From a virus: a DNA stretch of 36,068 nucleotides. The stretch lies in UHGV virus genome UHGV-0187047, one strand, 5' to 3'. This document shows, in pieces, positions 15,035-23,934 of this stretch. A program made the position numbers and the translations under genes. Every line of letters begins with the position of its first letter. The first letter of the stretch is position 1. The notes beneath the pieces were generated by a model that was given only the letters and a program-made list of their open reading frames with translations, had not been told where the DNA came from and made no database searches.

Positions 15035-15718
15035 ATGAACGACAATATTTTACACGCTATTGAATCACTTTGCTACGACATAACCACAAGCGCAAAAGCA
15101 GAAGAAAACCAAAAGAGAGCGAATGCAATTTTAGCTCTTGCTTTCGCCGGAAAATTCACGCCCGAGGAAAGCGAAGAGGACTACACCGAGGAGGACTCCG
15201 CAGCGGGCGCGGAAAAAGATAAAATCAAATTTCCAAAACCGGGCGAGCAATTCGAGTATAACGGCGTTGAGTTTACCGCCCTCGGAGAGGAACAGGGCGG
15301 CGTGCTTGCCATTGTTTCGGAACCGCTCAAGGAGGAAATGCCGCTCGATAAAAGCAATAAAAATGACTGGCGCACCTCCTCGCTCCGTAAATACCTTAAC
15401 GGAGAATACCTCGAACAATTCAACCGCGGCGACCTCCTACCGTTTGTATCGGACTTGACAGCCGATGACGGCATGAAAGACTACGGCACCGCCGAGGATT
15501 ACGTTTTTATTCTCTCGTGCGACCTTTACCGCAAATACAGAGAGTTTGTGCCGCGCTTTAATAATTGGTGGTGGACTCTTACGCCTTGGACTTGCAGCCA
15601 TTTTTGCGCGGACGACGCGCGATTTGTCGTTCCAGGCGGTGCGGTGAGCGTAAACAAAGCGCACAACGATTACGGCGTAGCCCCCGCTTGTCTGTTCAAT
15701 CACAAAATCTTTAAGTAA
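15035..15718 (+). CDS. DUF6273-like (C-type-lectin-fold) protein, DGR-target-like
   Basis: NDWRTSSLRKYLN, DLTADDG..DYG, VFILS.D.YRKY, WWWTLTP...YGVAPAC. Confidence 0.78.
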   Translation: MNDNILHAIESLCYDITTSAKAEENQKRANAILALAFAGKFTPEESEEDYTEEDSAAGAEKDKIKFPKPGEQFEYNGVEFTALGEEQGGVLAIVSEPLKEEMPLDKSNKNDWRTSSLRKYLNGEYLEQFNRGDLLPFVSDLTADDGMKDYGTAEDYVFILSCDLYRKYREFVPRFNNWWWTLTPWTCSHFCADDARFVVPGGAVSVNKAHNDYGVAPACLFNHKIFK

Positions 15719-15721
15719 TCT

Positions 15722-15735
15722 GCGCCGATAGGCGC
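15722..15735 (+). promoter_or_regulatory. GC hairpin resembling the DGR target-recognition hairpin
   Basis: GCGCC-GATA-GGCGC immediately after the stop, preceded by AATC-rich DNA, with no U tract. Confidence 0.6.
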
Positions 15736-15751
15736 GTATGGAGGCGGCAAT

Positions 15752-16315
15752 ATGGAAAAACACATTTTAACATACACGAGCGACGGCACCGATAAAACCG
15801 CCGTCGCAATTACAAAAATAAGAAACTCAGGCACCGACATTATAGGCGAGATTGTTTATACGGGTACCGACGAGGGCGCAGTTATCCTTGAGGACTTAAT
15901 AGAGCACCCAGGTTATAACGCTCTTGCTAAAGAGGTTAAGGAACTCCGCGACGCAGCAGAACGGCGCAGAGAGCGCACAATACGAAAAGTAGAGCAAGCT
16001 CTCGGGTTAAAGCTCTACGATTGGCAAAAAGCATTTATTTTCTACAATAAACCCTACAATTACTATGTAAGCGGCTATAGAAAAACGGGAAAAACCCTTG
16101 CTCATTGCCTCCGTCTTTGCTTATCCGAGGGCGAGCCGATTATAGCGGCACTCACACCTCCCACAAGGGCGAAAAACGAATTTTTGCGCTATCTTGGCGA
16201 GGACGGCTGCACCATACACCGCTCGCAATTCTTTATAAATGAGTTGCGACAAGTTTATAACAAGCTCCTCGCGGCGGGAAATATCGACCTCCGCGAGATA
16301 ACATTTAAGAGGTAA
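15752..16315 (+). CDS. Hypothetical protein with a Walker-A-like motif
   Basis: RBS GGAGG. L.LYDWQK...GYRKTGKT. Confidence 0.65.
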   Translation: MEKHILTYTSDGTDKTAVAITKIRNSGTDIIGEIVYTGTDEGAVILEDLIEHPGYNALAKEVKELRDAAERRRERTIRKVEQALGLKLYDWQKAFIFYNKPYNYYVSGYRKTGKTLAHCLRLCLSEGEPIIAALTPPTRAKNEFLRYLGEDGCTIHRSQFFINELRQVYNKLLAAGNIDLREITFKR

Positions 16316-16317
16316 AT

Positions 16318-16602
16318 ATGGAAAGTATTAAAATCGAAAAAGACGGCTCTGTATCTATTCCTAAACCTGGCAATATGAAAATTACGGTAGAAATGACTGA
16401 GGGACTCTTTGAGGAGTTTTTGCAATTCCGAAAAAGCAAAGACGAGTACGACAACCGAGCCTCGAAAGAAATCGAGGGCTTGCGCCGCCGTATGGAATTT
16501 TTAGCAAAAGCGGTTATTGACTCGGTGGAGGGCAAAACTGCCAAAGCAAAAAAAGAGGCTAAAGAGGAGGCTCTCGAGCTTGCTAACGACTGGTTTTGTT
16601 GA
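16318..16602 (+). CDS. Hypothetical protein
   Basis: RBS GAGGT, coiled-coil C-terminus. Confidence 0.65.
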   Translation: MESIKIEKDGSVSIPKPGNMKITVEMTEGLFEEFLQFRKSKDEYDNRASKEIEGLRRRMEFLAKAVIDSVEGKTAKAKKEAKEEALELANDWFC

Positions 16603-16652
16603 GAGGTGCCCGACTACATAGGCGTTGAACACTAAAAACAAGGAGGCAAACA

Positions 16653-17201
16653 ATGATACCTTTTCCAAATAAAAAATACAGCGTTATATACGCAGATCCG
16701 CCATGGAAATATCAAGACGAGCGATGCGAAGGCACTGCTGCCGACCATTACCCCACAATGCGTATTGAGGATATATGTAGCCTGCCGGTGCAGGATCTGG
16801 CGGCTGATAACTGCGTGCTTTTCCTTTGGGCAACTTACCCAAAGCTCAAAGAGGCATTGCAAGTAATTGAGGCATGGGGTTTTAAGTACAGAAGCATCGG
16901 CTTTCAGTGGATAAAACAAAACCGCAGTGGTGATGGTTACTTTTTCGGCCTTGGGCGTTGGACCAGGGGTAACACGGAGCCTTGCCTTATAGCTACTAAG
17001 GGTAAGCTCCACAGGGCAAGCAACAGCGTAAGCCAACTCATTTTTGCACCGCTGCGTGCCCATTCCCAAAAGCCGGATATTACACGAGATAAGATCCGAG
17101 AGCTGATGGGGGAAAATCACTCTTACATAGAGCTTTTTGCAAGGAATACAACACCGGGCTGGGATGTCTGGGGGAATGAGGTAAACAAGTATGGCAACTA
17201 A
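16653..17201 (+). CDS. MT-A70-family N6-adenine methyltransferase
   Basis: YSVIYADPPW, HYPTM, LFLWAT, AWGFKY, TRGNTE, HSQKP, IELFAR. Confidence 0.93.
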   Translation: MIPFPNKKYSVIYADPPWKYQDERCEGTAADHYPTMRIEDICSLPVQDLAADNCVLFLWATYPKLKEALQVIEAWGFKYRSIGFQWIKQNRSGDGYFFGLGRWTRGNTEPCLIATKGKLHRASNSVSQLIFAPLRAHSQKPDITRDKIRELMGENHSYIELFARNTTPGWDVWGNEVNKYGN

Positions 17202-17637
17202 AATATACATAGCCGGGAAAATCACCGGCGATCCCGATTATAAGGCAAAGTTTGAGGAGGCTGAAAATTTCTACAAAAAAAAGGGATTCACCGTACTCAC
17301 ACCCACCTGTCTGCCCATCGGTATGCAGCCAGCTGATTATATGCGTATCTGCTTTGCAATGATTGATACGGCAGATGTTGTTGCTTTCCTGCCAGACTTT
17401 AAGCAGAGTGCGGGTGCAGAGGTTGAGCACGCATATTGCCGCTACATTGATAAGAACATCCGGCACTATGAGGATGACAGAAACAAAGCACAGTGCGCTG
17501 CCAAGATTTCAGCGGATCTTTTAACGTCAAATGCGGCACCGGTTATGCCGGACCCTGTCGAGGAAATTAAAAAGGCTGTTGAAAAAGAACTCCACAAAGG
17601 GCTATATCCCGACTTTTTGAGGGAGGCGAAGCCTTGA
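17191..17637 (+). CDS. DUF4406 / nucleoside 2-deoxyribosyltransferase-like protein
   Basis: KIYIAGKITG, YMRICFAMID.AD, LPDF.QS.GA.VE. Confidence 0.85.
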   Translation: MATKIYIAGKITGDPDYKAKFEEAENFYKKKGFTVLTPTCLPIGMQPADYMRICFAMIDTADVVAFLPDFKQSAGAEVEHAYCRYIDKNIRHYEDDRNKAQCAAKISADLLTSNAAPVMPDPVEEIKKAVEKELHKGLYPDFLREAKP

Positions 17638-17756
17638 AACACTACGGCGATATAACAAAGATAAACGGCAGCCTTGTTGAGCCTGTCAATGTGATTATTG
17701 GCGGCAGCCCGTGCCAGGATCTCTCGGTTGCGGGTAAGCAGGCAGGGCTTGAGTAA
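17634..17756 (+). pseudogene. Fragment of a C5 cytosine DNA methyltransferase
   Basis: Not in the ORF track. LKHYGDITKINGSLVEPVNVIIGGSPCQDLSVAGKQAGLE* carries catalytic motif IV (PCQ). The other motifs are absent. Confidence 0.85.
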
Positions 17757-17802
17757 AGGCAATTATTAACTTGATAGAGGCAAAAAGAAGAGGAGTAAAA
17801 AA

Positions 17803-18168
17803 ATGTACAAAGAAAAGGCGATTGAAAAAATACAAAAGGAATTAAAAGCTTTTACCGGCGGAAACAAAGAAAAAGCCGTGTCGAAGCCCGTCGCAGAAAC
17901 GCTTGAAATGTTTTGCAAACAAAACGAAGAATTCGCGCAAGCTATATACGAGAGTGACAAGACCTTATCGAATTGCTGCAAAATGATAATGGAAAAAAGC
18001 GGAAATGCGATATCTGATATTGAAGTTTACAAACGAGCCGTCAAATACTACTTTTCAACAGCCGACATTGAAATGTCAATGAAAATCAATTTGTGCGGCG
18101 ACCTCTCCGCCGGAGAAAACGATAGAAGCGGTAAGGTAATATCACTTTCATTTGATGATTTGTTTTAA
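17803..18168 (+). CDS. PcfK-like protein
   Basis: FAQAI....KTL..C, ISD.EVY..AV.YYF and a SFDDLF tail. Directly precedes a PcfJ-like gene. Confidence 0.75.
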   Translation: MYKEKAIEKIQKELKAFTGGNKEKAVSKPVAETLEMFCKQNEEFAQAIYESDKTLSNCCKMIMEKSGNAISDIEVYKRAVKYYFSTADIEMSMKINLCGDLSAGENDRSGKVISLSFDDLF

Positions 18169-18180
18169 GGAGCGGAAAAA

Positions 18181-19842
18181 ATGAAAGTTTATAAAACGAA
18201 AGACGCAATACTGCGCCACGCTCCGAATCTTGACGCCGAAGACGAAAAGCTGCTTAACAGTGAGTGCTTCACACCGTACATATTCTTCAAGGATGACAGA
18301 AAAAATAAAAGGCGTGAGTGTTACTGCACCGCCTGCGGAGCGGAGTTTGAACAGGAATTTGTTAAACGAATAATGACCCCGGACGACAGAAGCTTTTTAG
18401 ATGCGGAACATAACGAAATCGTGAAATGTCCGAAGTGCGGCAGAAAAGTTATGCTGAAAAACGAGGGCCGCGTTCGAGACTGCAAGAACCTTGAAGAATG
18501 GCGCCGTTTTGTGGCTGTTAAACCTGTGGGGCGAAACACTGTATATCTGATATGTGGGTGGGCGAATAAGGACTACACCGGGCAATACATTAAAACAAAA
18601 CCGATATATGACATTTCGGCGATATATTACTTAACACCCGGGTATGTCCGAGTTTTCAAAAACGCAAATCTGAATTGGTATGCAAAACAGTGGTATGAGC
18701 CTAAAAGCATTATTGAGCCATTCACGAAAACTTATAGCTACAACAATGCTTATGCTGAAAACAGGGGATACAGATGGATAGGCTTTGACCGCCTGAAAAA
18801 GACCTTTTTAAAATATGCGCCGATTGAGAATTTTTCTGTCGCGTATGAAAAATATTTCTACAACAAGCCATACGTCTGTGTCGGCGAAGTGCCCGAGGTA
18901 AAATTCTTCGCATATTCGGCGATATATCCGAATGTTGAAAAGTTATTAAAGCTCGATCTTGGAGAATTCGTATGCAGCCTTGTAGACGGCAAGCCGATGA
19001 AGAGATTTATAAACTGGAATGCGCCGACCGTGCAGAGCATGTTCAATATGTCGCGCGGTGAATTTAAATGTTTTCGAGAAAAATTTTACAATCTTGACCA
19101 TTTTAAAGTTTATGAAATCCTGAAATCGGCAAATCCGAACATTCCGTATGCTGTGGCTGTCGACCTTTGCAAAGCTTATAGCGGTGAAGCGGCCGAAAAA
19201 ATAGCGTGGACGGTAAAAAAGCAAAAACTCAGCTTGACAAAAACATTGAACTATCTCATAAAGGCCGAAAGAAAGAATTTCAAAAGCCAATATGAAAAAA
19301 GCACGTCATTCAGCCGCAGCACAACTGCGATATGGTGGAAAGACTACATATATTTTGCCGAAAAACTTAAATATGACCTTACAAGAAGTGATGTCATATA
19401 TCCGAAAAACTTAAAACAAGCACATGACAATGCTTCGGGCGCGTTTGTGATAAAAAAGAACCAAGACGCCTATGCAAAATATCAGAAAAGATATGCCGCC
19501 CTCGAAAAGCGATATGCCTTTTCAAACGGTGAATATCAAATCGTAATTCCAAAAGGCGTAAACGACATAATCGAAGAAGGCAAGATTCTTTCCCATTGCG
19601 TAGGCGGATATGCCGAACGCCATATGAAGGGGGAAACAACGATTTTGTTTATGAGAAAATGCAACGCGCCTGCGGAGCGGCTTGTTACAATCGAAGTCAA
19701 GGACGATAGGATTTGTCAAAATTACGGAGCCCACGACCGGCAAGTCTCGCCCACAGAACAAAAATTCATAAACACATGGATTCAATGGGTGCGTGCCGGT
19801 TCTCACAGAACGAAAGACAAAAAAGCTGCCGGAGCGGCTTAA
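18181..19842 (+). CDS. PcfJ-like protein
   Basis: Zn-ribbon CxxC pairs. WKDYI, YPKNLKQAHD, EG..LSHCVGGY, FMRK, TIEV. Confidence 0.9.
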   Translation: MKVYKTKDAILRHAPNLDAEDEKLLNSECFTPYIFFKDDRKNKRRECYCTACGAEFEQEFVKRIMTPDDRSFLDAEHNEIVKCPKCGRKVMLKNEGRVRDCKNLEEWRRFVAVKPVGRNTVYLICGWANKDYTGQYIKTKPIYDISAIYYLTPGYVRVFKNANLNWYAKQWYEPKSIIEPFTKTYSYNNAYAENRGYRWIGFDRLKKTFLKYAPIENFSVAYEKYFYNKPYVCVGEVPEVKFFAYSAIYPNVEKLLKLDLGEFVCSLVDGKPMKRFINWNAPTVQSMFNMSRGEFKCFREKFYNLDHFKVYEILKSANPNIPYAVAVDLCKAYSGEAAEKIAWTVKKQKLSLTKTLNYLIKAERKNFKSQYEKSTSFSRSTTAIWWKDYIYFAEKLKYDLTRSDVIYPKNLKQAHDNASGAFVIKKNQDAYAKYQKRYAALEKRYAFSNGEYQIVIPKGVNDIIEEGKILSHCVGGYAERHMKGETTILFMRKCNAPAERLVTIEVKDDRICQNYGAHDRQVSPTEQKFINTWIQWVRAGSHRTKDKKAAGAA

Positions 19843-19860
19843 AAGAAAGGACGTTGTAAA

Positions 19861-20790
19861 ATGGAAAAACTGATAATAAATCAAACATCAAATGAAGTCA
19901 GCGAGATATACAGAGAAGCTGTTCAAACGCATCAGCGAATCTTGGCGAACGGCGAGATTTGTGCGCAGTCCCTTTTAGAAATTTGCAAAGATCTAAAAAA
20001 GATGCGTGACCAAAAACTTTATGAAGAATTCGGGTACTCTTCTTTTGAAGAATACACTGAAAAGGCCGTTAGCATTAAGCCGAGACAAGCTTACACGTAC
20101 ATATCGACGTATGAACGCTTAGGAAGTACGGTTTTGCAGTCGAATGCAAATTTGGGAATCACCAAGCTTGACCTTATAGCGCAGATGAACCCGGTTGAAC
20201 GCACGGAAAAGCTTGCTGAAAATGCCTTTGACGGAATGTCCGTATCTGAAATAAAGGCTCTTGTTCAAAAGTCAAAAAATCAGGGAGAGCAAATAAGCTT
20301 GCTTCAGACTGCACTTGAAGAGGCTAAGGCGCAGAACAAGGCGGCGGAAGAACCCGACGAGGAAAAAGAAACGCTGCGGGCACAAATCGCCGCCCTCAAG
20401 AAAGAAATCAGCGATAGCGCATCGAAGCTTGACTCCGAAAAAAGGGATATTGTCGAAAAAGCAAAAAGCGAGGGTATAAAAGCAGCGAAAAAAGAGGCTC
20501 TTATTGAAGCGACAAAATCAGTCAAAGAAAATACGGAGCGGCTCACTCAAAAAATTAAGGACCTTGAAATAGCTTTGACCGAAGCCGGCGTCGAGCATGA
20601 TAAGCTTGAGAAGCAATTATCCCTTGCCGACAGCGAGTCGGCCAAAGCAATGGTGTATATCCAAAATATTCAGGACAACTTCAATTCTTTATTTGCCGCA
20701 ATGGGAAAAATGCCGGATGAGCAAAAAAACAAATTCAACAGCGCTTGCCTAAAGCTGTTAGAAGCAATGCGCCAACAGGTCGAAGAATAA
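19861..20790 (+). CDS. DUF3102-like N-terminal domain plus coiled-coil protein
   Basis: LKKMRD.KLY...GYSSFEEY.E......RQAY.YI...E, LGITKL. Long coiled coil. Confidence 0.7.
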   Translation: MEKLIINQTSNEVSEIYREAVQTHQRILANGEICAQSLLEICKDLKKMRDQKLYEEFGYSSFEEYTEKAVSIKPRQAYTYISTYERLGSTVLQSNANLGITKLDLIAQMNPVERTEKLAENAFDGMSVSEIKALVQKSKNQGEQISLLQTALEEAKAQNKAAEEPDEEKETLRAQIAALKKEISDSASKLDSEKRDIVEKAKSEGIKAAKKEALIEATKSVKENTERLTQKIKDLEIALTEAGVEHDKLEKQLSLADSESAKAMVYIQNIQDNFNSLFAAMGKMPDEQKNKFNSACLKLLEAMRQQVEE

Positions 20791-20803
20791 GGGGAGTTAA
20801 AAA

Positions 20804-20998
20804 ATGATTATCACAGCTAAAATAAAAGTTGAGGTTCCGATGGGATTTTATTGTAAGAAATGTCCGAGAAAAGAGCGCGACGAGAAACATTTTATGTTTT
20901 GCACTCTTTTCAATCGTTATCTTTACATACGAAAAGGCGAGTACCTTAAATGTCGAGAGTGTGTGAATGCACTCTATGATGAAATAGACAGCATGTAA
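20804..20998 (+). CDS. Small Cys-rich protein
   Basis: RBS AAGGGGAG. CxxC...C...CxxC. Confidence 0.65.
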   Translation: MIITAKIKVEVPMGFYCKKCPRKERDEKHFMFCTLFNRYLYIRKGEYLKCRECVNALYDEIDSM

Positions 20999-21008
20999 AG
21001 GAGAAAAA

Positions 21009-21227
21009 ATGCAATACATACCATATGCCGTTACGGCGGCAGCGATAATCGGCACAATCGGAAACAGTTATAGAAAAGTCTGGAGCTTTTACATTTGGAT
21101 TTTCACAAACGCTTTTTGGTGCGTCTTCAATCTAAAAAATCACAGCTACGCACAGTCAATCTTATACGCTGTTTATTTTGTCTTGGCGATAATCGGAATC
21201 GCACAGTGGAGGAAAAAAGAAAAATGA
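21009..21227 (+). CDS. Small membrane protein (PnuC-like half-transporter pattern)
   Basis: Three hydrophobic segments. F.IW...N..W...YAQ...Y..LAI.G..QW. Confidence 0.65.
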   Translation: MQYIPYAVTAAAIIGTIGNSYRKVWSFYIWIFTNAFWCVFNLKNHSYAQSILYAVYFVLAIIGIAQWRKKEK

Positions 21228-21619
21228 CGCTTATTGAGCTTAACAATCTTCGATACATAGAGAAAGAAATAATATTGCTTCAACTCAGAATACGAGAGCT
21301 TGAAAATGAAACCGAGCGCATAACTCCGATTTTAACAAATCTGCCCGGCAGCGGAGATATGAAAAGCTCAATTGTCGAACAGCTGATTGAAGAAGAAGAA
21401 AAACTCGGAGCGGCTCTGCAAACGCGGCAGGAAGAGCGAAGAAAAGCCATGCGCTTTATAAACGGAATCCCCGATTGTCAGCTTCGAATAATTTTCATTT
21501 TGCGTTTTATTTCCGGGAAGAGCTGGAATGAGGTTGCCGACTATATCGGCGGCGGAAACACAGAACAAGGTGTGTGCATGCGCGCACTTCGGTATCTTAG
21601 GAAATTCGAAAGTTGTTAA
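21224..21619 (+). CDS. Late transcriptional activator (ArpU/DUF1492-like)
   Basis: Start moved to ATG 21224 (RBS GGAGG). FINGIPD.QLR.IF.LRF..GKSW.EVA sigma-region-4-like HTH. Last early gene. Confidence 0.8.
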   Translation: MTLIELNNLRYIEKEIILLQLRIRELENETERITPILTNLPGSGDMKSSIVEQLIEEEEKLGAALQTRQEERRKAMRFINGIPDCQLRIIFILRFISGKSWNEVADYIGGGNTEQGVCMRALRYLRKFESC

Positions 21620-21646
21620 ATATGTTAAACGCCTTTTTGATAATAT
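21614..21646 (+). promoter_or_regulatory. Putative late promoter / activator site
   Basis: Direct repeat TGTTAAA-TA-TGTTAAA followed by TGA-TAATAT, no -35. Sits between the activator and the late genes. Confidence 0.5.
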
Positions 21647-21688
21647 TAAATCAGAGAGAAACTTGATTATAAAACAAAGAGGTGCGAT

Positions 21689-22180
21689 ATGGCTAAGACG
21701 GGCAGAAAATCCAAATACGACTCCGAAATTAAGCCGCATCTTGCCGAAATTGAAAAAGCGGTTAAAAACGGCGCGACAATAACAGAAATCGCAACGGCGC
21801 TGAATATTGCCGAAAGCACAATCTACAAGTACAAAAAAGAGAAAAAGGAGTTTTCGGCGATATTTGCGCGCGGGCGCGCGTCTATAATTATAGACATTCG
21901 AGGAGCTTTGTTAAAAAAAGCCCTTGGGTATGATTACGAAGAAGAAAAAAAGGTCGGAAGGAAAGACAAAAAAGGCGAAAACATAATGATTGTTGAAAAA
22001 TACAAAAGGCATCAGCCGCCGAGCGAAACAGCCGCCGCAATGCTCCTTCGGAATTATGATACAAAATGGATTGACAAAGATAATGCGACGACCGAACTTA
22101 AAAAACAAGAGTTTGAGTTGCGAAAAACGATTTCTGAAAGTAACAATTTTGATTTGGATTGGGAGGAAAAAAATGGCTGA
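21689..22180 (+). CDS. Terminase-small-subunit-like HTH protein
   Basis: GRKSKY, GAT..EIA..L.I..STIY.Y, ALLKKALGY.YEE, PP...A....L.N. Confidence 0.7.
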   Translation: MAKTGRKSKYDSEIKPHLAEIEKAVKNGATITEIATALNIAESTIYKYKKEKKEFSAIFARGRASIIIDIRGALLKKALGYDYEEEKKVGRKDKKGENIMIVEKYKRHQPPSETAAAMLLRNYDTKWIDKDNATTELKKQEFELRKTISESNNFDLDWEEKNG

Positions 22181-22826
22181 TAGCGAGAGAAATTATTTTG
22201 TTTTTAGTGAAAACAACTGTAAATTTGAAGGCTTAACAAAAGAACAAATTTTATCGGCAATTGAGCAGGCGGTTGACTCCGGAAAAATAAAGGATGTTGA
22301 CACAGGATTTGTGACGAAAATTAAAGAGCAAAACAAAAACGCCGGCTTAATGTTTTGGGTTGGCAATCAAGCCGAATATAATGCGCTGAAAAGCAAAAAA
22401 AACAACTGTCTTTATATAATTACCGATGACAGAAAAAACGAAAGTATTGAGCTTATTTGGTTAAATCTGGGGGAACTCAACGACATAGCAGACGGGGCAA
22501 TGCAATGCGTCTATGAAAGTAATGACTCGATCTCATTTGATGTTAATTTCACAGGCGACGGACAATTCAAAGAATTCGACCTCTCCTTCGGCGATTATAA
22601 ATACGATCCGACAAGAGATGTTGTTGTAGCTTCGCTTGCTGCAGCGCAGGAAATCCCGTTAGCAACCCGGTGCTTTTTTGCTTTAACGTTAAGAGATGTT
22701 TCATATGCGAACGGGAAATATGGAATTAAGCTGTGTATTTGCGTAATATCGGGACTTGGAAATGCAACCTGTCCGTATCTCAATGTGAAATACAAACTGC
22801 TCAGGAAATCATACGGGGTGTCATAA
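22173..22826 (+). CDS. Fibre-like minor structural protein
   Basis: Start moved to ATG 22173 (RBS GGGAGG). FWVGNQAEYNAL..K..NCLYII motif seen in phage fibre proteins. Confidence 0.55.
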   Translation: MADSERNYFVFSENNCKFEGLTKEQILSAIEQAVDSGKIKDVDTGFVTKIKEQNKNAGLMFWVGNQAEYNALKSKKNNCLYIITDDRKNESIELIWLNLGELNDIADGAMQCVYESNDSISFDVNFTGDGQFKEFDLSFGDYKYDPTRDVVVASLAAAQEIPLATRCFFALTLRDVSYANGKYGIKLCICVISGLGNATCPYLNVKYKLLRKSYGVS

Positions 22827-23455
22827 TGGCTTACATTAACGGAAAAGAAATACTGTTATCAGCTCAACTAACCGGGCTTGTAAACATCGACAGCGAAATA
22901 TCGGACACAAGCGAAAACCCGGTGCAGAACAAGATTGTTAAAGCTTATGCAGACGGCTTGGCTAAGTACAGAGTTATAAGCGATGTAACGATTACTGAAG
23001 ATATTGGCACATATTCAATATCACAAGATAGCAACGGCAAAGAGTTTGATTTGCGAAAAATGTTTTTCTTGTTTATCGGAAAATTTAATGCTGCTTTAAA
23101 CAACAAAGCATTGTCACTACGTACGAACAGCGGTTATCAATATTTAATGTATAAGGGTTTCACTCTCACAGCAGACAAAGAGTGCGCTTTTTGGCTTGAA
23201 GCCGAAAATTTTTTGAGAACAGATGAAAATAGCGGCATTAAAAGCACATATTCGGCTACATTGCTCCAACAATTCGCAAATGGAATTGCTCAAGGATTGA
23301 GTGAGAATAACGTCGCGGTTAATTCTGACATTTCATTTCAGAAAAGAAATAAAAATTATCCGCACCCGATGAGTGAAATTATATTCGGCGTCCATAATGG
23401 GACTATAAAAATGAAATCGGGAAGTCGATTTATTCTTCTCGGCATTGATTATTGA
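22826..23455 (+). CDS. Fibre-like minor structural protein
   Basis: Start moved to ATG 22826 (RBS GGGGTG, TAATG overlap). DSEISDTSENPVQNKIV motif. Confidence 0.55.
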   Translation: MAYINGKEILLSAQLTGLVNIDSEISDTSENPVQNKIVKAYADGLAKYRVISDVTITEDIGTYSISQDSNGKEFDLRKMFFLFIGKFNAALNNKALSLRTNSGYQYLMYKGFTLTADKECAFWLEAENFLRTDENSGIKSTYSATLLQQFANGIAQGLSENNVAVNSDISFQKRNKNYPHPMSEIIFGVHNGTIKMKSGSRFILLGIDY

Positions 23456-23468
23456 GGAGGGCTGAATT

Positions 23469-23675
23469 ATGCGAATGTACGACAACGGCATATACAGAGA
23501 TATGACCAAGGAAGAAGAAGCCGCTGTAATGGCGGTCACAGAGCAGGAAGAAACAGCAAACAAGGACGGATTAACGTCTCTTGCCGAGGGTTTAAGCACG
23601 GCGACATCACTCGCACAGGTGCGGTCGGCGGCTAAGTCCGTTCTTGCAGATGAAAGCGAGAAAACAAATGAGTGA
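23469..23675 (+). CDS. Small protein (fibre-chaperone-like)
   Basis: RBS GAGGAGG. NG.YRDMT.EE pattern. Confidence 0.6.
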   Translation: MRMYDNGIYRDMTKEEEAAVMAVTEQEETANKDGLTSLAEGLSTATSLAQVRSAAKSVLADESEKTNE

Positions 23676-23928
23676 TGCAGTAGCTGTCGCGCTTATATCG
23701 GGCGGACTTGCCCTCTTAGGCGTGATTATAACTTCAATAAGCACCTCTCGCAGAATGACTGCACAGCTTGAGCGTAATCAGGCTGTGACGGACACGAAGA
23801 TAGAAGAGCTTACACGCGAAGTGAGATTGCATAACAACTTCGCGCAGCGTATACCCGTAATTGAGCGTGACATTAAAGTCATAAATCATAGAATAGACGA
23901 TTTAGAAAAATATCACAGAGGAGTGTAA
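23668..23928 (+). CDS. Single-TM plus coiled-coil lysis-region protein (holin/XhlA-like)
   Basis: ATG 23668. N-terminal TM, then KIEELTREV..HNNFA.R...E..IKV.NHRI.DLE. Confidence 0.75.
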   Translation: MSDAVAVALISGGLALLGVIITSISTSRRMTAQLERNQAVTDTKIEELTREVRLHNNFAQRIPVIERDIKVINHRIDDLEKYHRGV

Positions 23929-23934
23929 AAAATT

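Noticed and set aside
15035..16652. Complete DGR cassette
   Set aside because: No RT motifs, Avd-like gene or template repeat recognised near the target or elsewhere. Reported only as an orphan target.
16632..17466. Long minus-strand ORFs (197 aa, 128 aa) and similar antisense ORFs across the late genes
   Set aside because: They lie opposite well-supported genes and lack an RBS or recognisable motifs.
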